A stretch of 38,091 nt of DNA from Candidatus Lindowiibacteriota bacterium (GTDB taxonomy: Bacteria; Lindowbacteria; 2-12-FULL-62-27), in NCBI GenBank assembly GCA_023249255.1, contig JAHFCY010000002.1, forward strand, positions 3,845-41,935, read 5' to 3'. The stretch's first letter is position 1. The number at the start of each line of letters is the position of its first letter. Positions 19,718-27,919 of the stretch are shown in pieces. The notes beneath the pieces were generated by a model, which had not been told where the DNA came from, did no database searches, and saw nothing but the letters and a program-made list of their open reading frames with translations. Both the position numbers and the translations under genes were made by a program.

Positions 19718-19745
19718 TCTTCGACCGATAAACGGCTAAACTTTA
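19718..19745. promoter_or_regulatory. Sigma-28 (FliA)-like promoter elements, strand ambiguous
   Basis: The minus strand reads TAAAGTTT-N12-GTCGAAGA (8/8 and 5/8 against TAAAGTTT-N11-GCCGATAA) and points toward the flagellin about 500 nt away. The plus strand of the same DNA contains ACCGATAA (7/8 for the -10 element) at 19724-19731, about 115 nt upstream of the FG-GAP ATG, but has no TAAA -35 element. Confidence 0.25.
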
Positions 19746-19846
19746 TTGGATTGGGCGGTTACGGCTGATCGGGAGTTTCTATTTTCAGGTTGACATAACC
19801 CCCCGCCTGTTGGAACATCAGCTTGGATATCCGCTTATCATTCATA

Positions 19847-22800
19847 ATGCATAAATCGGGGTGTGGGCTGGGGCGTCTTCTCCATATTATCGTACTCGTC
19901 TTGGGAGCCTGTATTCTCTTCGCGGGGCCACGCGAAGCGGGGGCGGCCTTTACCCGGGCCGACACCGAATCGGGCATCTTTGACGCCGCAAACGGCAACG
20001 GGGTCGCCTGGGCCGATTTCGACAACGACTCCGACCTCGACCTCTTCGTCGCGAATAGTTCCGGCCAGGCAGATTCCTTGTATCGCAACAACGGCAACGG
20101 CACATTCACGGAAGTTTCGGCGGCGGCCGGGATGACCGGAACGGCGGATGGATTCGGCGTCGCCTGGGGCGATTACGACAACGACGGCGACCTCGACCTC
20201 TTCGTCGCAACGAGCGGACAGGATATTCTCTATAAAAATAACGGCGGGGGCGTATTCACCGACGTGGCTGCGAGTGCAGGCATGACCGACGCCGTGGGTG
20301 GATTCGGGGCCGCATGGGCCGACTACGACGCCGACGGCGACCTCGACCTCTTCGTCGCCAACACCGGCACGGGTCAGGATTTCCTGTATCGCAACAACGG
20401 CAACGGCACATTTTCCAACGTGGCGACAAGCGCGGGCATGACCGACGCCGCAAACGGCGCGGTCGCCGCGTGGGCCGACTACGACAACGACGGCGACCTC
20501 GATCTCTATGTCGTCAACAGCGGAGGCGACCAGGACTTCCTATACAAAAACAACGGCTACGGCGCGTTCACGAGAGTCGATACCTCGGTCGGTATGATGG
20601 ATGCCTCAAACGGCGTGGGCGCGGCGTGGGGCGACTACGACGCCGACGGGGATCTCGATCTCTTCGTCGCCAATCAAACCGCCCAGGAGGATTTTCTCTA
20701 CCGCAATAACGGCGACGGAACCTTTACCCGCGTCGACACGACCGTTGGCATCAATGTCGCTTCTTATGGCTTGAGCCCCGCTTGGGGCGACTACGACAAT
20801 GACGGCGACCTCGATCTCTTTCTCACCAACGACGTCGCCCAGCAGGATATTCTCTATCGGAATAACGGCAACGGCGCGTTCACACGGGTCGACACGGCCC
20901 TGGGCATCATCGACGCGCTGGACGCCGGCGGTTCCGCGTGGGCCGACTACGACAACGACGGAGACCTCGACCTTTACGCCGCCAACTGGAACGGCCAGCA
21001 GGACTATCTGTACCGCAATGCCGGCCCGGTCCAGAACTGGATTAAAGTCATCACCCTCACTGATTCCAACGGCAACGCTCGTGAGTCGGACCCGGACTCG
21101 GACCGTCTTGACGTCGGAGCAAAAGTGGAAGTTGATTTGGACGGATCTGCGGATTTCGCCGTCGGCACGGGCCGTTACGCCTCTCTTCTCATCACCTCCG
21201 GGTCCGGCTTCGGCCGGTCGGCCATCCCCGCGCATCTGGGCGTAGGCAGCGCCACGACGGTAGATGTGCGCGTGACGTTTTCCGATGGAGACGTCTGGAT
21301 CGAAACCGGCGTCGCCGTCAACCAGACCATCACCGTCCGCGACCCGCCGAGATTTGTACAGTCGGCCCAATTGGCCGGCTTGAACGACGCCGCGTTCGCC
21401 TACGGCTCGGCTTGGGGCGATTACGACGGCGACGGCGACCTCGACCTCTTCGTCGCCAACGACGCCGGCGAGCAGGATTTTCTGTACCGCAACAACGGTA
21501 ACGGCACGTTCACCAACGTCGCCGTCGCAGCCGGCATGTCGGACGCGTCCTACGGGATCGGACCGGCGTGGGGCGATTACGACAACGACGGCGACCTCGA
21601 CCTCTTCGTCGCCAATTGGAGCGGCCAGCAGGATTTCCTCTACAAAAACAACGGCAACGGCACGTTCACCAGCGCGGCGGCAAGCGCCGGCATGACAGAC
21701 ACAGCGCACGGCTACGGCGCGGCGTGGGGAGACTACGACGGCGACGGCGACCTCGACCTCTTCGTCGCCAACGGCAGCACGACGGCGCAGGATTTCCTGT
21801 ATCGCAACAACGGCAGCGGCACCTTCACCAACGTGGGGATGACCGCGTTGGGGACGGACGCATCGGATGGCAAGGGCGCGGCGTGGGCCGATTACGACAA
21901 CGACGGCGACCTCGACCTTTTCGTTTGTAATTGGGGAGCTCAAAATTTCCTGTACCGAAACGACGGCGGCGGAGCCTTCACCAACGTCGCGGCAACTGTG
22001 GGTTTGCCCGAATCGTCGAACTCGACCTCGGCGGCCTGGGGCGATTTCGACGGCGACGGTGACTTCGACCTCTACGTCACCACATCCGGCCCGCAGGATT
22101 TGTTCTATCGCAACAACGGCAACGGCACCTTCACCCGCGCCGACACTACCGTCGGCTTCGTCGACGCCCATAACGGCCACGGCGCGGCCTGGGCCGATTT
22201 CGACGGCGACGGCGACCTCGACCTCTTCGTTTGCAATTACAGCAGTCTTCAGGACTTTTTATACCGCAACAACGGCAACGACTCGTTCACCAACGTCGCC
22301 AAGGCGCAGGGCGTGGACGCAGGCAATTTCGGCATCGGCCCGGCGTGGGCCGACTACGACAATGACGGTGACCTCGACCTCTTCGTAGCCGACGCCAATA
22401 ACGTTCAGGATTTCCTGTACAAAAATTCCCGCGTGAACGCCAAAAAGTGGCTCAAAGTCGTACCGCTCACCGATTCGAATCACGACGCCGAATTTTCGGA
22501 CGGCGAGCCGGACCGGCTGGCGATCGGCGCAAAAGTCGAGATCGATCTGAACGGCGGCGCCAATTTTGATACGGGTATCGGCAAATACACTTTCGCCGCC
22601 GTCGGCTCGGGACAGGGTCCAGGCCAGTCCGCCGCACCGCTTCACTTCATGCTCGACACCGTGGCGACCGTGGACGTGCGCGTCACCTTTCCCGACGGCG
22701 ACACGGCACTTGTCGCCAACGTCGCCGCCAATCAGACCATCACGGTCAAAGACCCGGCGCAGAAACTATTCATGGTATCGGGCAACCATCAGCTTGGCGC

Positions 22801-24451
22801 CGCGGGCGGGTCGCTTGCTTCGCCGCTGGTCGTCAAAGTCTTCCATCCCGTCGGCGGGGCGATTGCGGCGCCTGTGACGTTCAGCGTTTCCAACGCTCCG
22901 GACGGCGCGTCGGGATATTCTCCGGCGACGACGGTCATGTCCAATGCCGCCACCGGTCTGGCAAGTTTCAATTTCACCCTTGGCGCTAAAAACGGCGTCT
23001 ACCGGGTGACGGCGAGCGTCGGATCGCAGAGCGTGACGTTCACGGCCTACACGGATCGGGTGGACGTCGCGGCCGGCAAGTGGAAAATGGGCGGGCCTGT
23101 CAAAAAGCCGTCGGACGGAAGTCTGGCGGGCGTGATCGAGGACGACGGATTCGGCTCGCGCGAGACGACGGGCAAAGGAACTCTCACGAGCGGATACCGC
23201 ATCTATCGCTGGGATCCGACCGCCGGCGTCGATCCCAATTTCAGCCGGTTCAAAGTGCCGTCGATCATCGAGTCGGCCAAATCGTATTGGTTCAAAGCGG
23301 CCTCGGCCGGCGCGCTGGATGTGGACGGGACGGCGCTGACGGACACGTTTGAGCTTCGCCTTGATCAGGGATGGAACATGACGGCCAATCCGTTTGCGTT
23401 TTTCATCGACTGGGATTCGGACGTGCGATTCGAGACGTTCCCGGTGGCGGGCGAGGCGGTTGCGCCGAAGACTCCAAGTCAAGCGAGATCGGACAGCATC
23501 GCCGACGACGTGACGTTCTGGTTCGAGGACCCGCCGCCAGCGCCCGTCGGATATCGCTGGGGTCCGCGGTCCATTTCCTACGGCGCGCCGCTGGTGGCGA
23601 GTCTTCAGCTCAAACCCTGGGTCGGCTACTGGGTCTACGCGCACAGATCGTGCACGATGGTGTTTCATCCCAATCCGCGGGACCCTGCGTCGGCCGCGGT
23701 CGTGACACAGGCTCCGAGACTCCTCTCGGCCTCGTACGGCGCCGTTACCACGGGCGACACGGCCGAATGGACGATTCAATTGTCGCTCTCCGGCCTCCGG
23801 TCAACCGCTTCCGGTCTGCAAAAATATGAAGATGCGGAAAACTTCGTCGGCGTGCGCCGCTCGGGCATGACGGCGGTGCGCGACGCGCCGGCGTCGCCCG
23901 GCGGCGTGAATTTGAGCGTGTCGCGCCCCGGCGGGGAGGCCCCCCCATACGCGTTATTGTATTTGCCGATGAACCTCAACCGTCCGGCATCGAGCGGCGG
24001 CTGGTTTTCGTCGTGGGCCTTCGCGGACGAAGGGGAGCAAAGCCCCGCTTGGGAACTTTCGTCCTATTCGGCGGATGCGGGTGACGTGACGATCCTCGCC
24101 GACAACGTGCAGAACGTGCCTTCGGCCGTCCCGCTCCTCTTGCGGGACGAATCTACGGGGATCGTCACCGACCTTCGCCGATCACCTTCCTACTCCTACT
24201 TTTCCGCGCCGGGCGAGAGCCGCCGCCTCCTCCTGTCCGCCGGTACGGCGGGATCCGGCCCTTTGACGTCAATCAAATATCCAGCCGCATGTCTCATCAC
24301 GCGTCTTGTGGGCTCTGACCGAAAGTCTATCTTCGCCGCATTGCCCTCCGGCATTCGGCTGTATTTTCTGACGTGCCTTAGACAGGCCAGAGACGCTTTC
24401 CTACAATCGGCACTCGGCCGGCACGCGGTATGTCTCTATTACAAGTTGTAG
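19847..24451 (+). CDS. Secreted FG-GAP/VCBS-repeat protein: 2 x (seven-bladed propeller + ASPIC/UnbV-like domain) + Ig-like domain + ~470-aa unassigned C-terminal region
   Basis: Track ORF 19823..24451. I prefer the ATG at 19847 (MHKSGCGLGRLLHIIVLVLGACILFAG looks like a signal peptide). There are 14 repeats of the type G.AWGDYDNDGDLDLFVAN...QDFLYRNNGNGTFT.V. Segments NWIKVITLTDSNGN...QTITVRD (21035-21343) and KKWLKVVPLTDSNHD...QTITVKD (22442-22753) look like UnbV_ASPIC domains. Confidence 0.9.
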   Translation: MHKSGCGLGRLLHIIVLVLGACILFAGPREAGAAFTRADTESGIFDAANGNGVAWADFDNDSDLDLFVANSSGQADSLYRNNGNGTFTEVSAAAGMTGTADGFGVAWGDYDNDGDLDLFVATSGQDILYKNNGGGVFTDVAASAGMTDAVGGFGAAWADYDADGDLDLFVANTGTGQDFLYRNNGNGTFSNVATSAGMTDAANGAVAAWADYDNDGDLDLYVVNSGGDQDFLYKNNGYGAFTRVDTSVGMMDASNGVGAAWGDYDADGDLDLFVANQTAQEDFLYRNNGDGTFTRVDTTVGINVASYGLSPAWGDYDNDGDLDLFLTNDVAQQDILYRNNGNGAFTRVDTALGIIDALDAGGSAWADYDNDGDLDLYAANWNGQQDYLYRNAGPVQNWIKVITLTDSNGNARESDPDSDRLDVGAKVEVDLDGSADFAVGTGRYASLLITSGSGFGRSAIPAHLGVGSATTVDVRVTFSDGDVWIETGVAVNQTITVRDPPRFVQSAQLAGLNDAAFAYGSAWGDYDGDGDLDLFVANDAGEQDFLYRNNGNGTFTNVAVAAGMSDASYGIGPAWGDYDNDGDLDLFVANWSGQQDFLYKNNGNGTFTSAAASAGMTDTAHGYGAAWGDYDGDGDLDLFVANGSTTAQDFLYRNNGSGTFTNVGMTALGTDASDGKGAAWADYDNDGDLDLFVCNWGAQNFLYRNDGGGAFTNVAATVGLPESSNSTSAAWGDFDGDGDFDLYVTTSGPQDLFYRNNGNGTFTRADTTVGFVDAHNGHGAAWADFDGDGDLDLFVCNYSSLQDFLYRNNGNDSFTNVAKAQGVDAGNFGIGPAWADYDNDGDLDLFVADANNVQDFLYKNSRVNAKKWLKVVPLTDSNHDAEFSDGEPDRLAIGAKVEIDLNGGANFDTGIGKYTFAAVGSGQGPGQSAAPLHFMLDTVATVDVRVTFPDGDTALVANVAANQTITVKDPAQKLFMVSGNHQLGAAGGSLASPLVVKVFHPVGGAIAAPVTFSVSNAPDGASGYSPATTVMSNAATGLASFNFTLGAKNGVYRVTASVGSQSVTFTAYTDRVDVAAGKWKMGGPVKKPSDGSLAGVIEDDGFGSRETTGKGTLTSGYRIYRWDPTAGVDPNFSRFKVPSIIESAKSYWFKAASAGALDVDGTALTDTFELRLDQGWNMTANPFAFFIDWDSDVRFETFPVAGEAVAPKTPSQARSDSIADDVTFWFEDPPPAPVGYRWGPRSISYGAPLVASLQLKPWVGYWVYAHRSCTMVFHPNPRDPASAAVVTQAPRLLSASYGAVTTGDTAEWTIQLSLSGLRSTASGLQKYEDAENFVGVRRSGMTAVRDAPASPGGVNLSVSRPGGEAPPYALLYLPMNLNRPASSGGWFSSWAFADEGEQSPAWELSSYSADAGDVTILADNVQNVPSAVPLLLRDESTGIVTDLRRSPSYSYFSAPGESRRLLLSAGTAGSGPLTSIKYPAACLITRLVGSDRKSIFAALPSGIRLYFLTCLRQARDAFLQSALGRHAVCLYYKL
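19950..22415 (+). repeat. Coding tandem repeats (14 FG-GAP blades of ~50 aa each, in two blocks of seven)
   Basis: The DNA block ggcgactacgacaacgacggcgacctcgacctcttcgtcgcc recurs with small variations about every 150-160 nt. Confidence 0.85.
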
Positions 24452-24460
24452 CGGCGGGCT

Positions 24461-25369
24461 ATGAAAAATAAAGTCGTCATCTGCATCGTTTTTCTGATTC
24501 TGGCGGCAATGGCATGGGTCGTATGGTCCCGCTCAAAAAACGATCCGCCGCCACAATTTCCGGAGAATCCTGTTACAGAACTTCTTGCCAGTCTCCACAG
24601 AAACCAGCAACAGACTGATGAAGAGATGGTAAAGATATTGGAAATGTTACTTGCACAACAGGCTCATATTTTAAAAACGACGAAGCTCTTCGAAAATTCT
24701 CTCATCGCCATTGTGGACTCCCACCGCCGGATTCAAACGATTCGGTCGGAGATTCCCGGAGTTCTGGAGGAATTAGAAAAAGCAGACGGGGAAACCCGCT
24801 TGGAATACTTCAAACCGAGCATAACGCTCACCCAACTTCAGGCGTCTCTAAGCGTATACGGTCTGACGTACGAAGCTGACCGCAAAGTCGGCGAACTTGC
24901 CTTGGAAAACTTGGGAGGAGTGCTCCAAATAGCCAACATGATATATACTATTCGAGACCAAAGGAAAACTTGGTTCTCAGGCACGCAGGCTCTTCAAGAA
25001 ATGATTGAGGGACTGCGCCGTGTCCGTACTGGAAACGAGAGCGGCCTTTCAATCATGGAAGCCTCCTCAAAGGCCCTTGTGGAACGACACCGTGAAGATT
25101 TGAAAGCTATGTTGGAAATCCTTGTTGCGGCAAAGGATATCCTGGAGTGGAGCGAAAAGACCCATGCCTCCAAAACAGCCATGCTCCAAAGGTTCGCTGT
25201 TTGGATGAACCAAACGATCGAGCCGGCACAGTCCGAAACTCTGAAACACGCAAAGTTCGTCGCCGCACTTGAAGAATATGCCGCCAAAGAAAAGAAATCC
25301 TTGGACGAAAAAACAAATTCGTTGGACGACGTCTCCAAGGAAATCGAACTGTTACACCGGCCGGAATAA
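24461..25369 (+). CDS. Membrane-anchored helical/coiled-coil protein, unknown function (302 aa)
   Basis: Track ORF. N-terminal TM segment VVICIVFLILAAMAWVVW, with the remainder E/K/L/Q-rich. The lower-GC region begins here. Confidence 0.6.
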   Translation: MKNKVVICIVFLILAAMAWVVWSRSKNDPPPQFPENPVTELLASLHRNQQQTDEEMVKILEMLLAQQAHILKTTKLFENSLIAIVDSHRRIQTIRSEIPGVLEELEKADGETRLEYFKPSITLTQLQASLSVYGLTYEADRKVGELALENLGGVLQIANMIYTIRDQRKTWFSGTQALQEMIEGLRRVRTGNESGLSIMEASSKALVERHREDLKAMLEILVAAKDILEWSEKTHASKTAMLQRFAVWMNQTIEPAQSETLKHAKFVAALEEYAAKEKKSLDEKTNSLDDVSKEIELLHRPE

Positions 25370-25383
25370 TTCGGCTTCCGCCT

Positions 25384-25989
25384 CTATCGACCAAGTTCCT
25401 GCAGTATTTTCTGTCGGATCAGTCTTGTTCTATCGGTATAGTTCACACGGAACTGCGCGAACGCCTCGTCTGAGAGAACCCATCGCTGACCCTTGGTCAT
25501 ATTCTCCTGCGTATTCGAAACGATGCGACCAAGTTCCACGAAGTCCTCGTGAAAGGTTGTGTCATACACCACTTGGAAAGTCGATTCCATCCCGACGAGG
25601 TCCAATTCAACGACCAAACACTCCCGATCCTGTACCATCGCCCTTGGCGCCATCATGCAAGCGATGAGCCGGTTGCTCCGGTCTTCGAAATCTTTTAGCA
25701 AGTTCAATTTGAGTTCTGACTGCCGACGTTGGTACTCCCATCGATCGGTGATGGCTGTGGCGATTAAACCCAAAATAAGCGCATTGATCACTGCGATGAG
25801 CAGCTTATCGAGAATAAACTTCTTAATATCATCTTGCATGACTGGCCCCCCCAAACTGTGATGGGTGGCATTCAAGATCGTCAGATGATCGAAGTCAAGC
25901 GAAATTTTCATGGATGAATTTTCATAGATGATTCTGCCGAATATCGAGGAGTTGCTCATGGATTTATTTATTGACCTAGCCTTCCACAT
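25384..25989 (-). CDS. Hypothetical protein with one TM segment (the start may be the internal ATG at 25839)
   Basis: Track ORF. TM segment LLIAVINALILGLIATAI. Convergent with 24461-25369, with only 14 nt between the two stops. Confidence 0.45.
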   Translation of the reverse strand: MWKARSINKSMSNSSIFGRIIYENSSMKISLDFDHLTILNATHHSLGGPVMQDDIKKFILDKLLIAVINALILGLIATAITDRWEYQRRQSELKLNLLKDFEDRSNRLIACMMAPRAMVQDRECLVVELDLVGMESTFQVVYDTTFHEDFVELGRIVSNTQENMTKGQRWVLSDEAFAQFRVNYTDRTRLIRQKILQELGR

Positions 25990-26070
25990 ACATATACTTT
26001 TTTCGGAGTATCTGAAACGACCTTTCTTGCATTTGGACTACAGTATTCCCGAACTACAAAGGGGCGAAAT

Positions 26071-26329
26071 ATGTTGTTCTTTACTCGACCGACTCGCGTG
26101 GAGACCGAAATTCTTAGGATATTACGGGATGGCGATTTGACCGGATACGATATCTGTCGGAGACTTCAGGATGCAGATCCACATGTGCCCCTGACGGGAG
26201 AGGGTCTACTGTATCCCATCCTTTACCGCTTGGAGGATCGGAGGGTTGTTCATGCGGAATGGAGGATAAATGAGAGGTAGGAAACGCAGATACTACAAGT
26301 TGACAAACCCGCGGACTGAAAAAAATTAA
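26071..26329 (+). pseudogene. PadR-family transcriptional regulator, frameshifted
   Basis: The track ORF ends at WRINER*. Relative to copy 2 (gagagagggaggaaacgc), copy 1 reads gagaggtaggaaacgc, a 2-nt deletion. The conserved tail RKRRYYKLT continues in the +1 frame to a TAA at 26327-26329. Confidence 0.7.
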
Positions 26330-26428
26330 AACGCTGTAGCGATTTACGGGGCTTGGCGCTGTCTGTCCTGCCAAATCACTTCTCCTGTTGCATACGAGGG
26401 GGGCTATTCCAAATAGGAGGACGGACAA

Positions 26429-26467
26429 ATGGCCCCCACATTCTTTTGTGATAGTGTTTTTATTTAA
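26429..26467 (+). promoter_or_regulatory. Conserved 12-codon leader uORF (MAPTFFCDSVFI) with a perfect Shine-Dalgarno sequence, inside a conserved leader
   Basis: AGGAGGacggacaaATG. The length and the termination context tttatttaa are conserved in copy 2. GGGGGC...GCCCCC flanks the SD and ATG. Confidence 0.4.
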
Positions 26468-26493
26468 GGCCGACAGCGCATCTTGCCTATCCG

Positions 26494-26973
26494 ATGAGCA
26501 ACCTAACGGTCCCTATCCACGTGTTCTTGAGAAATTGCGTCTCCGAACTATCTCCCGCCGTACAGGACGCGATCATTTCACCGGAGATATTGAATGGCGA
26601 GCACCCCCCGTCCGTAGAGGAACTCGTGACGCGGTTCCCTCCGATGTGTGTTGTGCTCGCATTTCCAAATCACGATAAAGGATATTTGCTCCGTGTTGCG
26701 AAACGCCCGAAGGCGGGCGGGTTAAATCTGGATATCGAACCTCTGCCGGACACTATCATTTTGTTCGGCCTGACGGATGAGCACAAGCAAGCGGTCCATT
26801 TTCTGGCGCAGAAATGCAGAGCGATGAATCAACCCGCGCGGCAGGATCGTGCGCCCTGGCCCCCCAAGAAATTTATCCCGAAAAAGAAAAACATCCTCAA
26901 GAGTGGCGGGCACATCTGTTACAGGCCCGGGCACATTGAAACGGATCGACGAGCTTCTGCGCGTGCCGGCTGA
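26494..26973 (+). CDS. Hypothetical protein, C-terminally truncated paralog of 34471-35034
   Basis: MSNLTVPIHVFLRNCVSELSPAV aligns with MSRRTVPIHMFLKNCVSELSPAV. Similarity ends near 26915, and the tail SGGHICYRPGHIETDRRASARAG is read-through into unrelated DNA. Confidence 0.45.
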   Translation: MSNLTVPIHVFLRNCVSELSPAVQDAIISPEILNGEHPPSVEELVTRFPPMCVVLAFPNHDKGYLLRVAKRPKAGGLNLDIEPLPDTIILFGLTDEHKQAVHFLAQKCRAMNQPARQDRAPWPPKKFIPKKKNILKSGGHICYRPGHIETDRRASARAG

Positions 26974-27030
26974 GATTCGATTTCTGTCGGTTGAGCCGCT
27001 CTTAGCGCCGGTTGATTTGTCACCATGGTG
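26900..27030 (+). pseudogene. Internal fragment of a DUF5131 (phage Gp37/Gp68-like) gene
   Basis: In the frame of track ORF 26849..27376, GTSVTGPGTLKRIDELLRVPAEIRFLSVEPLLAPVDLSPW matches the ..G.S.E....Ri..L...p..vrFlS.EPLLgp..L core of that family. No N-terminal or C-terminal part of the family is present. Confidence 0.5.
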
Positions 27031-27082
27031 CCCCTTGGAATATGGATTGACACTGCATCCCCCCGAAAATACTCTGCCGCCT

Positions 27083-27376
27083 ATGAGTCGGTACGGATAC
27101 TATGTCGAGGGCTACGAAGACATCTCCGTTGTTGGCTGGGACCCGCCGTTAAGAACGCATTACGCGCAAATATCACACAACAACGATCCGACCCCCGATG
27201 ACGAACGGCCGACAAGATGTTGGATTGGCCAATTAGCTTATGAATGCCCGACTGTGGAGGAATTGGACGGCAAACTGAAAGGGCACGGGTTACAGGGGCT
27301 CCCGCAACGAGAGCATCCCGGCGCGAAGGAAGACTTGTGGGATCTCCTGCGTCTGGACAAGAAGATGAGCCGATAG
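27083..27376 (+). CDS. Hypothetical protein (97 aa if it starts at the internal ATG); may be only the tail of a chimeric ORF
   Basis: Same frame as track ORF 26849..27376. MSRYGYYVEGYEDISVVGWDPPLRTHYAQI... reads like real protein, but I do not recognise the family. Confidence 0.3.
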   Translation: MSRYGYYVEGYEDISVVGWDPPLRTHYAQISHNNDPTPDDERPTRCWIGQLAYECPTVEELDGKLKGHGLQGLPQREHPGAKEDLWDLLRLDKKMSR

Positions 27377-27390
27377 GGGCCGGGTTTCAC

Positions 27391-27918
27391 ATGGGCAATA
27401 GATGGAAATTTGCGGAATCAAAATCGTCCAAAAAATTCAAAGAACCGACGCTGGAAGAGAAGGCCGCGTTGGAGCTTTACATCTTGGTTCTACAGCACGG
27501 CGATAACCCATCCGTATTACCTCAAGAGCAGAAATCAAAATTTGATGTGGCCGACGAACTCGTGGAATGCTCCATTCGAAGGTGGATTCGATCTCGCCCT
27601 GTGGCAGATGAGGGTTGTCGGGATTGGCGTAAGAAATTGCACGAATCTCTACGCATCCTACATCATCGCCTGTATCTCGATTCTTACGTTGAACTCACAA
27701 CTATAGGGAGGATGATTTCTGCGCCGGCAAATCGAGGCAAGGAACCCGATGAAGAAGCAAAGCAGAAAATCCGATATATCGGTCAACGTCTCTGGGATGC
27801 CGGCAGTATAGAAATGATGCAGGCGGTATTTTATCCCGTCGTCAACAAACTCCGTGTTCCAGATTTTAATGTCCATCTTTCCTACATCTGGTCTGGTATC
27901 GGAACTTGGAGATACTGA
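27391..27918 (+). CDS. Hypothetical protein (175 aa), ends 1 nt before the ftsZ-like ATG
   Basis: Internal ATG of track ORF 27244..27918, 14 nt after the preceding stop. Ends ...LSYIWSGIGTWRY. Family not recognised. Confidence 0.6.
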   Translation: MGNRWKFAESKSSKKFKEPTLEEKAALELYILVLQHGDNPSVLPQEQKSKFDVADELVECSIRRWIRSRPVADEGCRDWRKKLHESLRILHHRLYLDSYVELTTIGRMISAPANRGKEPDEEAKQKIRYIGQRLWDAGSIEMMQAVFYPVVNKLRVPDFNVHLSYIWSGIGTWRY

Positions 27919-27919
27919 T

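Larger units (their letters stand above)
26055..26915 (+). repeat. Direct repeat copy 1 (degraded) of the PadR + leader + unknown-gene cassette
   Basis: Aligns by eye along its length with 34035-34935 at roughly 80 percent identity. Homology starts at aaaggggcgaaatATG / agaggggcaaaatATG and ends just after aaaaagaaa.acatcctcaa. Confidence 0.85.

Noticed and set aside
20606-22180. 524-aa minus-strand ORF, the second-longest in the track
   Set aside because: It is antisense to the FG-GAP repeat region. Its sequence is repetitive (VEVAVVVV, GDEEVEV) and simply mirrors the sense-strand repeats. The sense frame has clear FG-GAP and ASPIC motifs.
19950-22415. Regular ~150-nt periodic repeats that could be mistaken for a CRISPR-like or satellite array
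   Set aside because: The repeats are in frame within a long ORF and encode FG-GAP blades. The material between the conserved blocks is itself conserved at the protein level. There is no short repeat/spacer structure.
22766-23779. 337-aa minus-strand ORF
   Set aside because: It is antisense to the C-terminal half of the FG-GAP gene and is Arg-rich with no motifs.
24250-24451. C-terminal tail of the FG-GAP protein as a sorting signal (PEP-CTERM, LPXTG or T9SS type)
   Set aside because: It has no PEP or LPXTG motif, no terminal hydrophobic-plus-basic pattern and no T9SS-like beta-sandwich signature. The tail coincides with the GC drop and may not be native.
26388-26678. Alternative-frame ORF conserved between the two cassette copies (GAIPNRRTDKWPPH...; copy 2 at 34332..34718)
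   Set aside because: Its conservation is explained by the high DNA identity of the leader. It reads through the SD, the uORF and the start of the main ORF, and it is Arg/Pro-rich. The main frame shows more synonymous third-position changes. It is not fully excluded.
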